A stretch of DNA of 64,000 nucleotides from contig DF237379.1 of the NCBI GenBank assembly GCA_000708835.1, positions 15,213-79,212 on the forward strand. The letters are read 5' to 3'. The position numbers and the translations under genes are program-made. Below are positions 50,513 to 63,122 of the stretch, in pieces. Source of the DNA: Klebsormidium nitens (lineage: Eukaryota > Plantae > Klebsormidiophyceae). Under the pieces are notes generated by a model that did not search any database, was not told the DNA's origin, and saw only the letters and a program-made list of their open reading frames with translations. Within the stretch, counting starts at the first letter, position 1, and every line of letters begins with the position of its first letter.

Positions 50513-52146
50513 ATGGAGCACATAGTTGAGTATCACGCCAATAAGCTGCAGTCAGAAAGATATGAGGATCTGAAAGTCGCTGTAGAGTACATTGAAGCGC
50601 TGCGGGTCGAAGCAGATTACACTTCCGAGGCCAGGATCAGATTCTCCCGGCTGCTCCAGGAGCTCTTGGCTTACAAGCGCGGCGCCGTGATCCACAAGAT
50701 TCTGCAGCAGATGCGCAGAGCTCCTCCGAATGCTGCAACAGAGATCAGAAAGCTCCGAACCTACTCCACGACGGTCCTTGTCGCACTCAGCGAAAACCAG
50801 GCGGTCGCGCAGTACTGCGTGAGGGAGGAGCACAAGACGCGTGTCATTGCGAGAGCGCTCCTGGACTCTCACACGATCCTCATGAACGTCGTTCCGGATC
50901 AGCTGCGCGGAAAGAGGTACATTCCAGATCATCTAGTTGAAGACCCGAGCGGAGAGGGCGAGAGATACAAGTACCTGAATCTGGCTGTAGAAAACGTCAG
51001 GGGCTTTGTGAACTTCTCTCGCGCTTCCAGGACGTTCCGCCTGGTTCTGCAGGAGCTGGACGGCCTCTTCCCTGCTCTCGAGAGCCTGGTCGCGCGCGAG
51101 ATCACAGAGCTTGCGAGCACAGATATTCTCAGGAAGACGGTGAAATACATGCATCGTCTGATGGACACGTTCGCCCTGTTTGAAGACAGCCAGCAATGGG
51201 CCCTTGACAAGGGAATGATTCGGATCCACGCAGCGATTCAGAGGCTGCTGGGGATGGAGGGAGTTATTGAAGCAGACAACGCAGCCGTAGAGATGTTCAA
51301 CTATCCGGATCCTACCAGCGTTGCAACACGCTGGTACATCGCATCAGGTGAAAAGATGCTCCTAGATCTCGACGAGAAGATAAGGGAGTCACGTGGAAAC
51401 CGGCGGGAAGTGAAACGGCTGCGAACGGAGTACTTGGAGTCAGTCAAGGCGCACCTGACAGCAACAGGACCTGTCGCAGGAGCTGCGAACGGCCTATTCT
51501 CCGGCGCCCCGAACCAAGATCCTCAGACCTTTGCGAAGTCCTTAACAGCCTGGGCCAGCGGTCGAACTGGCGCGCCAATCGTGTGCTCCTGGGAGCTGTG
51601 CGAGACTGGCTCTGTGGTGGACGCAGGCAGACCGTTCAGCAAGTGCTCGAGCTGCATGCTGGCTTACTACTGCAGGTGAGACGATTGGGGCACTGCCTGA
51701 TGCTTGATCTTTGAAATCAAATTCTGGTGGAAGAGCTTGCTTGACATGCTTGCTTGCAAGCTGTAATCTCAAGCTGATCCTGAACACAATGTGTTTCCTT
51801 ACTCATAGCTGTTAAATCTGCTCGAATCTGATGCATAGCTCGTTGATCATATCAAGATTCCAATGAAGCTCAAGAGCTTCCTGATTTGACGATCTCGAGA
51901 TTGGATCCTACTGTTAGCTTTTGCTCCCAATATCTTGCTCTTCTCAAGATGACAAGGTTGAAAAGCAGCGAAAGAATACGCACCTCTTCGTGTCGGTTTC
52001 AAATGAGCTGCTTCTCGATCTAAATCAGCTTGTTTCTAGAGCCATGGGAGCGTCCTACCAGATTCCTCTTTCTTCTGATCAGCAAGGAACATCAGAAGCT
52101 TCACTGGAGAAGCCACAAGAAGCACTGCCAGGACACCAAGCCCTAG
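50513..52146 (+). CDS. Helical (ARM-like) protein with a C-terminal MYND zinc finger; 2 exons
   Basis: Long exon to 51676 plus exon 52083-52146 give CSWELC...KCSSCMLAYYC|SKEHQKLHWRSHKKHC, a MYND consensus. The start is uncertain. Confidence 0.85.
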
Positions 52147-53865
52147 GAATATCCACAAAACTAAGATAAAACGCAAGGCAACTACGTTCTTTGTGCTTTC
52201 GAGAAAGATGATTGATCTTAGAAGCACGGTAGCAACCGTCTGTTGTTTTCGTTTCTTTTGTCCACACAAAAGTTACATCGTTCAATCCTGAACGTCAATA
52301 GACCTGTTGTGGAGACCTGATGTCATCAAGAGGCAGAAGCGAAGCTTTCCTTTGGCATTTGATTTGCTTGCACAAGCTTTCAGAGGGATGAAGCGCCTGC
52401 ATTCCGGTGTCGATTGCGAAACCCCTGGCAAATGACGTTGAAGAAGCGCCTTCGAGGTGAACGAGGAACCGATGAAATACTGAGAATGTCATTCAGCTTG
52501 AAATTCTTCTTGATTCGGAGCTTTGCGCCGGACGCCTGTCGTTCGGATCCAAAACGATTGCTCGAATCGAATCTGAAATGCTCCAGAGCAAAAACAAAAA
52601 GACGAACCTGGACAAGCAGCTTGGCATATTTGAAACGGCAAACGTGCCAGGTCTTGCGTGTCGGATTCACCTGACGATTTGCCATCGGTTTGGCATTTCT
52701 CTGTAGGAATGCTGCTGTGCTGACAAGCTGCGCCGAGAAACGGAGAAACCAGCAGTCAAGCACAAAATGGTAGACCATTACGGCTTTCCAGTTCCCTAAA
52801 AAGCAGAATGTTTGGCATTTCGAATGGTGTTCTGACGATGGCGGCGGCCCTTCTCCGACGAGGTTTCTGATTCCCCATAGGTGTACAAACTGGTTGTTCT
52901 CGACCATACCGGAGGGCTATGCATCAGCCTTGTTGGGCTTTTGCGGGGGAGCCTTCTTCCTGGTCGGATTGCGAAGCGAGCGGAAACAGACACGCCATGG
53001 ACTGAGAAACAGTAAACTTCGCAGAAGTGCACAAGAGTTCGAATTCTAGATTGTCAGCAGCTCAGCCATTCAACTTATTTGTCTTGTTTCGAGCCGACTC
53101 AAAATTGTACGACGCGCGAACTTGGTTTGAATCATCATCACATGGCTTGAGAATGCATGATCTTTGTCATGCCAGGATGATTGTGCTAGAACGGATGAGG
53201 GGATGTGATGGCCGGGACGGGGCACTAGTCGATGCCAGAGTCCGTGCAGGCTTGGTCAGCAGCGTCCAAGCTTCGACCCCGGCCAGGCGCGCGGCCGCAC
53301 TATAGTCGATTGTCCAGCAAGTGCGACGACAAAACATCATACGTCAGGATGATACAGGAGGTGCTTGTCTCGCAAGCATTGAATTACTGCCGAAGACGCA
53401 GAGCTGCCGCGCTTCCGGCGGCGCATCAGGCTGTTCTATATGGTCCACATGTACGGGTCAAACATGACTGAATAGATATATGACCGTGAGGCCATGCAGC
53501 TCACACACACTACAGTAGCTGGCACGATCCACGTACCCCGTCATGCACCCACTTAGCTCAGTGCTTGAGCTCGGGGATCCCTCATGTATCATGATCGGAT
53601 GGGGGACTGTCATATCGTGCATACATGCTTTTCAAGTCTGTGCGCGCTGCGCGCGCGCGGCTGGCTTTGAGCTTTGTCAGGCCCTTGCTGAGACCGGTCC
53701 GAAAGCAGACTTCACCTTAGCACGCATGTGCAGTGTACGTGACATGCCGTTCAACCATGTGTACGTGCAATATTCTTGCAAGAGAATTCGCCGTGCATAT
53801 ATGCATCCATGATGCGCAGTCCACGCCACAAGCTACCTATGGTGGGTGTCGGCGGTCTCGATCGC

Positions 53866-54130
53866 GCGACGGTACCGTCACCAAATTGACTCACCGGTGT
53901 TACGCGTCGCGACATTTCATGTACACGGTACTGACGACCGTACTCGGCCGTACTTTAGAATCCGGTCCGAGTTCATGAATTGGAAATTGTCTGACATGTC
54001 GACGAACGGTAAACTCCGGTATATTCGGCGGTACAGTACCGCGCAAGTCTGCGCGTCCGCAAATTTGAAATTTCATGGTGTTTGTCGGAAGTTCCGACTC
54101 GAACCACCTGAGGGTACCGCGGTACTTAAC
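53866..54130. repeat. Intergenic tract built from (C)GGTAC(C)G palindromes; possible non-autonomous element remnant
   Basis: gacggtaccgtc, cggtac-a-gtaccg, gtaccgcggtac and further cggtac/ccgtac motifs. Confidence 0.35.
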
Positions 54131-55028
54131 TTGAAAGAGGAGTGCAGGAAGTTGAAAGAAGAGTGTAGGAAAAGGCGCATTTCAAGAGCAAGCAATGCCG
54201 GCCGACTTTGAGGCTTGTATGGTGCTTATTCCGATTTGTCCTCGACATTTCCTTATGTTGGGTCTTCAAACAAACCCTCAAGGTGCTCTCCCAACATTTT
54301 TCTTTGCTTGTCAGAGCTTTCTATGGGCTGCATAAGGCTCTTCTTTGTGTGCCAGTTTGATGCTCACACACAAGTGTAAAACATAACACTGTCTTTCACT
54401 CCTGTAACACTGACTTACGGCCGAGCAATATTGTCTGAGTACTTGTACCGCCCGAGTAACAGAAACCTGAGTTGCCGTGACGTGAACCGCCGGTATCACT
54501 GACGGAATTCGATACGCGGTATTACAATTTTGTGGCGGTCGGAGTCAAAATTGACTCGGCCGGTACCCACCATAGGTAGCTTGTGGCGTGGAACTTTGGA
54601 AAGTGACTGACGGACCGATAATATATGTAAGGGAATACCGGGTGCAAACGATGCTGCATCATATATTGCCACATGCATCATTAAGTATGGATTACATGGT
54701 GCACTTAATCGCACATTCTCATGTATGTTAAGACAGATTCGACAGCTATCGGCTTTGATCATTCGCAATTGCCCTTGCCCCTTTTGTGCTATTCATCTGA
54801 CGGTGTCACAACAACACTAGACCAACAAAACAATGTACACAAGTGTCCTCCAGCGTGCGCCTCTGAGCGTGCCTCTTTAGTCAACCCTCGAGTCATTTCG
54901 ACACTCTTCCAACATCTAAGCGGATTACCAACTGGAAGTCTATGCGGCTTCATCGACTACCTTAACTCAAAGCTCAAACCTGTTGTCCTACTGACACTTT
55001 CAATCATGCGACAATCTTCACTTCTTGT

Positions 55029-58000
55029 CTATGCCGGACATGCACAGTGCTGGACGCACGCTTCGCAAGCATCCGGGGCGACCATCCGCTTAGAATCAGA
55101 CGGGAGGCGGTTCTGCTCTCGAAGCAGTGCTTGTATATCCTCCGGCAACGCGTCGAACACTTCTTCGACTAACTGGGCGAGATCGTCGAGCGGGTCGTTC
55201 GGGTCTTGGACCTCCGTGGGAGTCTGCTTGACGTGAGACCGGACGAAGCTCATCACCCGCGCTGCAAACAAGAGGCGTGCGAACCGTGAGGACGAGTCAA
55301 GTCGAACACGGATTGCTGGTGGAGTGAGTCCCTCGAACCCTGTTTACTGTTTTGTCAAACAGTCTAGATTTCTGGGCCACAATTGCGAGATCAGTGCATT
55401 CGCTAGACAAGCTTAGCGACTCACTCGTACACTGAACGGTGCTGCTATCAGAAGCCAGCTCTACAACGGTCCGATTGCTGACGTTCTTAATCAGAGTAGT
55501 AGGCAAACGCAAGTCTTTCTCAATCAAACGCGGCGAACAAAGGCGAAAGCCGCAACTTTGGTGCAAATTAGAATCAACTTGAGCCTCACCGCTGTTACGC
55601 AGAATGTAGAGCCATGCGATTCAAACATCTTCCCAAGAGAAAGCTCAACCGCTATGACGAGACGCAAGGGACGTAGATGGAGCAGGGAGAAGGCGACGGT
55701 AAAGGCACACATGGCAGAAGTTTGAGAAGTTGGAGAGCAAAGCTGGGCGGAGACGGAAAGGGAGGGGCAGAAAGTACCGCACGTAACGAGCGGGGGAAGT
55801 CAGGAGAAGCAGCACGCAAGGCGCAGAAGACAGGGAGCAGAGGCCACGTGGTCGATCACGTGGGGGAGGACAGAAAGAGGGGATCCAGGCTAATGAAAGG
55901 CGATGCTGTCAAACAAGAGCACTGGAGTCGGGCCAAACAAGCCTTCACAGTTTCCAGGACTGCACGACTAGAACGGCTTGATGCAAGTAGAAGCAGTAGG
56001 TAAGCGGTGAACATTGAAGAAATACGACAGGGGGGGAACGGATGAGCGTGCTCACCGGGAATCGGCCGGTCAAGCGCCCCCCCGTTGTTGCCCTCCGTTG
56101 GATGTTGCCGCCAGCCGGCAATCTCCACCCCGAGTTGGTTCATGATGACGTAACCCGGCTGCAAAGCGCAGCCAGGTGGGGTTGGTCAGCAGTCATAAGC
56201 ACAAACCTGCGTCGTTCCGCCCATCGAGTAAAGAGGGTTGAGAATCTCCATCCCTGCTTGTTATTATTGACCAATACCAGATGCAGGCCGCCAACGAGAA
56301 AATCTTTGTCAGGTGCCCATTAGAGAGGGCATTTTTCTGCCGCTCAGCTTGTGCGGTCAAGTGCGTATGCATGGAGCGTTGGTATCATGTGTCAGGTTGC
56401 ACTTTGAAGTTGCAGTAGGTTAGTCGGAGGACAACAGGGCAAGCTTTTGTTCTGGCATGAGTGTGCTGCGCTCCCCAAAAACCAAGAGAGCTGGACCCAC
56501 TTCCGGTCGATCAAGAATCTGCTCATGCTGCTCACTGGCACGTACGGTGCCAGTATCCTATGGGTCCTTAGGAAACTCCGATAAGTTACGCGATGCCATC
56601 AGTGATACCAAAGAGACAATCCCCTTATGCGTCTCGACTGCTTTCCAATGTAAATCTCCAGCTTACCCGGCGTACCTAACATTGTCGTCAGTCAGAAGAG
56701 CACCGCCTGCCTCTCAACGATTCGTTCATCAGCATAACGACGCAAGGCCAACACTAACTCCGAGCCCCACCGAGAATCGATCCGGCAGTCTTACCTGGCA
56801 CACCCCGTTGGTGTAAGGCTCGTAGTGGCACTGCGCGCCTGCCCGGATTGCTTCAGTGGTGATTGCAAGACCGTACTCACGCGCCAAAACGTTTTCTGGG
56901 TCGCTCACGATGGTCAAGTGGTCCAGGCCCCAGTTGCTGGCTGAGTGCTCGAGCGACTCCTGGTCCTGGAATAGGCAACAAAGGGTCAGTTTTTGCGTTT
57001 GAGCCGCCAGGGACGGGGGGTTCGGCCCATGTTGTGCCAAAGTCCCTTACATCTGCAAAGCAGATATATAAGTGAAAAAGGTTGAATGTTTTTGGGTTTG
57101 TTGAACAGCTTCAGTGGGTTAGGTCAATAAAGTATCTAGCTACGGGCAGAGTGGTAACCAGTTCAGAAGGGAACCCTTTGGACCGACCTCAACAGAACTT
57201 CATTGAGTAACAGTATCGCTTGTCACGCAACCTGCGACTGGATTACATGCTTCAAGTAGATTGCTATTTAGTATCTGAATCACAAGATCTGCACACCATT
57301 TTGGCATGGCGGTGGGAACTCGCTCCAATGGAGCTGCAGAAAGACCAGACCGCACGGTATCCTGTTAATATCACATATCACGTTGCAAAGTCAGGCCAAC
57401 AATCTCTTATCCGACTGTGTTCGCAGATGGGGCTGCAAATGAGACTCAGCCTTCTGGAGATCTTTGATTGCAACACCCAAGCAACAGCAACTACTGCTTC
57501 ACCAGAGGCCTAGAGGATATTTCAAGCGACATCTTTGAAACAAAAAGCCTGCATTCAGCTGCCTCCCGGGCCACATTTGCAATCAACAGGCTGAATTGCC
57601 GGAGCACTGAAACCACGAGCTTTCTTCTACGAGCTGGCAGGTAAGGCGGGGCATGAGCATGCTGGACTTGGAACGAACAGAAGTGAGGTATGTGTTGCGT
57701 GTAGGAATGTAGCACCACTTGGAGGGTTTATTCCGTAGGATCAGAAGTCAAGCTTGTTGGAAGCGGCTAAGGAAGGCAAGGTCTGACTATTGTGCGCAGG
57801 CGACATGCCCAAAAACCAAAAGATGCTTTCGCTCAGACTGCGGCTGTCTGAAACAAACACTCAAGACTGGTTCTTACAGCATGACTAAGGCCCGCGCCAT
57901 TTACACTCCCATGCAAACCAGGTAACCATGGCTTTGCAGAAATTTCTTACCTGTGCAGTCACTATAAAGAATGTCCCCCCCAAAGCCTCCAAATTTGGCA

Positions 58001-58163
58001 ATTGCTCCCTCCATTGGCTCACATCGTAGCGGCAGAAGGGGCACCAGTCACCTCTCTCCCAAATGAGCCCCGTCAGCGACCGGCTCTTGAATTCATTGGC
58101 CCACCATTCCATGGGGTCCCGGGGCGACAGAATCTCTCTCTTCTTGTCTGCCCTCTCTCCCAT
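55029..58163 (-). CDS. AhpC/TSA-type thioredoxin-fold protein (RGDWCPFC) with a C-terminal UBM-like motif and Cys-rich tail; 4 exons; paralog A
   Basis: Exons 58163-57951, 56965-56795, 56158-56056 and 55261-55029: RGDWCPFC..LEALGGTFFIVTAQ|...IVSDPENVLAREYGL...|PGYVIMN..G.EI..W...GALDRP|...EEVFDALPEDIQALL. Confidence 0.85.
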
Positions 58164-59071
58164 CTTTTACCTTTTTTTATATTTAGATCACACTCTTCTT
58201 CAATTTGCACCTCTTAATATGCCTGATTCCTCGACAGACGTTTCTTTGAAACGTTGCAGGACTTTTGACCTTGATTCGGAGACCTTTGACTTTGATCAGA
58301 TGAAACAAACAGCAACGCCCCTCGGAACGATTTGTATTGGAAAGACCTTACTTTAACACCGTATTCTGCCAAATTTTGGAAGGACCAATGTGGGAAAAGC
58401 TTAATTACTATCAAAGTGCTTGGCGAATTGCCATTCTGTTCCCTCTAGCTAGGCGTAAAACAAATTTCCTCTCTGTGAATAGTGTGTCACCACCCATGCA
58501 AATCCATATGCAGAACTGAATTGAAGCTTGACATTCACTTTCTTACTTTTGTGCTAATCCCACATGTCCATCGGCTCGCACGAAGGGCGCTTTGTACAAC
58601 ACATTTCCCCTCTCACACATGCAAACCAACCCCTGCTAAATCTGCAACAAACTATATGTCGCCACTTTCAGCTCCCAGGGATCTGTGCTCGTCTAGTCTC
58701 TAGACACAACTTCCTTAGGCTTTAGCAACCATATTGAAACTTAGAAGGCTTGCGAAGAAGCAAAACCTGTGCCTCTGGGAACGGGCGTCCTGCCAATCAG
58801 CTTGAAAAGTACTTGGGGTGCTGCCAAAAGTGCTGGCAAAAGTGCTCCCAAAAGCGCTGGCATGCAGGGAACCTTTTCCACTTCGTTGAAGCTTGCCAGC
58901 ACTTGCCAGGAGTAGCTTGGCTTGTGACCCAGTTTGGCACATCGATGGAGCGCATTCACCCAGGGGTTGGGCCCCCGCTCTTGGCCCCTGTTAGCTCTAG
59001 TGTGAACTGACGACCCGCAGGGTTCAGTCACGAGCGATCGGCGATCCGAGATCCGCTCTCCGATACAGCGG

Positions 59072-60260
59072 TTATTCAGAGATTTTGCAGGACCCACCGA
59101 GCGGATCTGAGATCTCGGGGGTCGGGAGTCGGGACTCGGGAGCCAACATTTGCAACACAGTAACTACAGCTGCCACGTGGCGTCTCTCTAGTTCCTTTCC
59201 CTCTCGGGGATCGTAACCGTATGGCATTGATTGAATTGTACGGTCACACGGGTCTGCATAATGCATCAATTTCGAAGTTTCCGGGGACCGGAGGTCCGGA
59301 ACTGCGGGCAGCAGGACTGCACACTGCACAAATGCCACAATGCAGGAGCAACCAGGATTCAGAAATCAGGAATTCAGGATTCAGGATTCAGGAATGCACG
59401 CGGGGGACAATTGTTGTGGGAAGGCAATTGTTGACTTTCATGCGTGATTCCATCCTGCAGCGAAACCTTGGACAGCCTGCAATTTTGCAGCTATCGAAAG
59501 AAACTACCTAAATCTTTGTCTGCTCTCAAATCCATGCATGTTTTTGGAGCTGTGATGCGCCTTGCACTAGTGGTACCCATTGTACCCCTTTCTACCACAA
59601 AAGACTTGGGAAGCTGACAACGTTGGAGTACCTACAAGCACTAGAAATTTCTTGGGCCGGGTAGGCAGAGCTGAAAGGTGAAAGCTACTTCCAAAAGCCA
59701 TTGGCAGAAAGGTGTCTGGTGTCAGAGCAAAAGGTGATTCCAAGCATGTTTTGAAGTCTTACTGGAAGCGGCCCTTCCTGAAGAATCGTCTTTAAGCTCT
59801 GTGGCAAAGCAAATGCAGTGAGCTCAAAGACTGCCTATTGTTGATCCCCAAGGTACCGTAGGTCCACAACTCGAGGAGAGCGAGGGACGTACACAGATTT
59901 TCTGTCCTTCCTGACCAGGGTGTCACATCGAAGATTGTACTACCTTCACTTTTCCTCAAACAAGTGATGCGGCTGATCTGAAACACAGACTTGTGGATAT
60001 CAAAGGAAGGTCCTGCGACCAGCTGCAAGAGGGAGTCAGGCAGCTTCGCTGCACGATAGTAAAGGTCTGACAACCAAACAGCAGGGACATATGCACAGCC
60101 GCAAATGTGATTGAGCTCACATACTCCTGGCCATAGTTGTAACCTTGAGCTTTCGCACGGGCTGTAGAGCCGTGGTTTCCTGAACCTTAGAAGGTTCTGT
60201 CCTGTTTCCTACAGCGCGGATATCAAGGCCCATCAGCAACTCGGTCATCTTGTTTGCCAT
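59072..60260 (-). CDS. Putative uncharacterised multi-exon gene between the two thioredoxin-like paralogs
   Basis: One in-frame path exists: MAR|NLYYRAAKLPDSLLQLV...IFDVTPWSGRTENL|KGRF|HSAYP...|FPDLRSPETSKLMHYADPCDRT...VVTVLQMLAPE. Some donors are weak. The ATG is at 60134 or 60260. Confidence 0.4.
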
Positions 60261-60310
60261 TGCCGGTTTGCGTCGCCTATACAGCCGTCTTTGTTTCGCT
60301 GCTGTTCAAA

Positions 60311-63122
60311 ATGACGATGCCCGAGAAGGTCATCCTGTCTCCAGAAGACCCCCTGGCTTGGCTGCAAAAGCAGATAAGCAGCAGGCCCTTGACGGGCCTC
60401 CTTTTCGAGAAGGGGCCCTGGTGCCCTTGGTGCGTGCACGAAGTCAAGCAGTGGATGGGGCAGCTGCAGCGCTTACAGGGCCTCGGAGGGGCGCTCTTAA
60501 TTGTGACAGCGCAGGTGAGGGCTCCCTTGGCCTTTGAGCCAAAAACAAATGTTCCAAAAGACCTGTGCACTGGTTAAACAATCCCTCCAGGCGGCTGTGT
60601 TGAGGTGTGATTGACAGCATCGATGATGCTTCCCCTGGTCGGTTCCTCATGCGTCCTTGCTGCGCTTGCCGTGAGCCTGAGTTCGTTTCTGTTTGATTGA
60701 TGCTGCCTATTGATGCTGCACTCACTTAGATTGCACAACCCTCAGCTCATTGATCTCAATGTGAGCAGTGCTTCGCGTTGACTCTGCTCCGATTTAGATT
60801 GCTTCAATTGAGGCAAGTGCAATCCGCGTCTTGTGTTTATGGAAAAAAGCTGGTAAGGGAGAGTCCCACCTCTGAAGTTGTGAAAACCATAATGCATTAT
60901 AACACCCATTCTGCAGTCCCAAGAAAAGCTCGTGGACTCTCCAGCGGATTGGGGCCGGCCGGAAGTTCCTGTCATCAGTGACCCAATCAACATCCTGGCC
61001 ACCGAGATGGGGATAGCTGTTGAGAAGAGAGCGATGCTGCCGAGCTTGCAACCCATCTATGAGGCATACAAGGATGGGGTTAACCAGGTGGGTTATTAGT
61101 AGAGCTTGCTGCATCTGGGGCTTAGCAGGTGGATTTTAGTGCGACATGCCCTGTTTGCCTCTTTCATCTGCGCGACCATTGGGGTTGCAGACAAGATTCA
61201 ATTGCTGTACACGCGTGCTGTGCCACCTAAGCTGGCTGATTGATGCCGAGCCGGATCTTGGCAGATGGGCTCGCCCTCCTAACCACTTTCTGATTTGGGA
61301 GCAGGTTAAAGTCTCAACTGCAGGAGTTCAGCTGAAGCTAAGCTGCTAAGAATCATCTGTCATGCAAAGGTTAAGAGTGATTGAATCCAAGTACAGCTTC
61401 TAGCTCTAGAAAGCCAGGTTAAGAAGGAGGCTTAAACCTGGATTTGCAACTCAATGAGTGGAAAGGTTTGCACCCCTAAAAGTTGGGGTACATAAGTATA
61501 ATCAGTGTCACAGCCTGTGATTCCCTTCTCCGCAATCTTCAACGGGTCCCAACAGAATAGTCTCCTCTGAAGTGATCAGAATCTGGATCTGACCAGCTTT
61601 TAATTCTGAGAGCAGACAATTGGCCAGTCAGTTCTTTAATCCTTAGCAATAGGAGTGGTAGCTACTTTGGAGGAGTTACCACAGAGCAGCCAGAAGCAAC
61701 ACTGTGTCCACAGGGGTTGCAGCCATCATGTTTGAACGGGCGGCGTCCGCTTATTGGCTGTCAGATCACGCCCGTATAAGCCTTTCGTTCCCACCTTTGT
61801 ATGAGAACAAAGCTTCTTGGATGCAACATGCTGTGGAGCGAGCATCCAGATTCTGGCCAAAAGGTGCAAGGGGGTGAACTTTCTCGCACCGCTCCGGTGC
61901 AGACCGGTGGGGAATGGGCACCACAGGTGTGGCCTCTTCTTCAAGTGGGGCTTTGTCTTGCTGGATCAGAGCTACACCATAAAGCAACGATCAGCAAATA
62001 CCTTCTGACTTTAAACCACAAGTAGGAGTCTACCTGTGAGTTGTAGCTCAAGCACTTTTCCGTCCAGGTGGGCTTCGTCTTCTTCAACCAGAGCGGGGAG
62101 GAAGTCGTCGGCTGGGGAGCAACCCCCACCGAGAACAACCTGGGGGGGTCGTTAGATAGACCTGTGCCAGGTGAGGGGCCCCCCCAGCATGTGTGCGCAA
62201 TGTGGGTAACGCTCAGAACGCTACGTAGTGAAGCAGCATGTTAGAAGCGGACTTTGATAGTCATTCAGCTCGGGGAGGGGGTCGCATAAGCAGGAACTCT
62301 GGACAACCCGTGACCATAAGCCGGCGACTTGAAGCCGGCCTGTATTCGGAGCAGTCGGCCACAAGTACACATGTAGGATCGCTGGTGGAACTTGACCGTT
62401 TTGACCGACTTTCGTGCGTCTAAGAAACGATTCAGGAAAGAGGACACGGAAGGCTTAGGTTGGGCGCCAATCCTCCAAATGGTTTGTCTAACTTGCTGGG
62501 AAACCTGCTGGCGGGCGAGACAAGTCCGTGTGACAGACGTTCGAAGCCGCTTATTCCTCGTCGCTCTGACTTAGTTCTGCGCTCCAGGAATCGTCTAGCG
62601 ACATCCCTTTACAAAGGAGTGCTCACATCCGCTTTGCAGAGCGGTCAGGCAATGGCACAGGTCTTTGTTCCATCTCAAAAAAACAAAACGGGACAAGTCT
62701 TTGTTCCACAGAAAACAAACCCTCAGAATAAAATTTGACTTTTTTGTTTCTGGGGAGCTGAGCAGACAGCACCTTGGAAAAGCCCCGAGCAGCAGCACAA
62801 TTACGACACTAGCTCCTGTCAAACTGACACGTGTCACGCTCTCCTTGCAGCCCAAGTCATGGACTTCTTGGAGCGAAAGCTCCTGCAGCCCCGGCCGCAG
62901 CCCCGGGGTCACGACCTCAACAACAAGGTCAAGCTAACCATCCAAGTCAAAGCGAAACCCATTGTCGAAGAAGCGGAACCCGATTTCGCGGCGATCGAGC
63001 TCGACGATTACGCCCAGGTGGTGGAGGACGTTTTCGACGCTCTGCCGCAAGACCTGCAGGCGCTGGTCCTGAAAGAGAAGCGGCTCCCACAAAGTTCGAG
63101 AAGGTTAACGGCGGAGATGTGA
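60311..63122 (+). CDS. AhpC/TSA-type thioredoxin-fold protein (KGPWCPWC) with a C-terminal UBM-like motif; 4 exons; paralog B
   Basis: Exons 60311-60514, 60917-61087, 62068-62170 and 62851-63122 have the same intron positions and phases as paralog A: KGPWCPWC..LQGLGGALLIVTAQ|...VISDPINILA.EMG|VGFVFFN..GEEV..W...GSLDRP|...EDVFDALPQDLQALV. Confidence 0.85.

Noticed and set aside
59352-59396. ATTCAGG heptamer repeats as telomere-like or CRISPR repeats; also 46338-46372 and 58826-58862
   Set aside because: Short degenerate microsatellites with no spacers and no match to a plant-type telomere unit
58741-60073. PPPDE/LRAT-like (permuted papain) identity for the gene between the thioredoxin paralogs
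   Set aside because: Loose resemblance only; no catalytic N-C motif could be placed in the assembled frame
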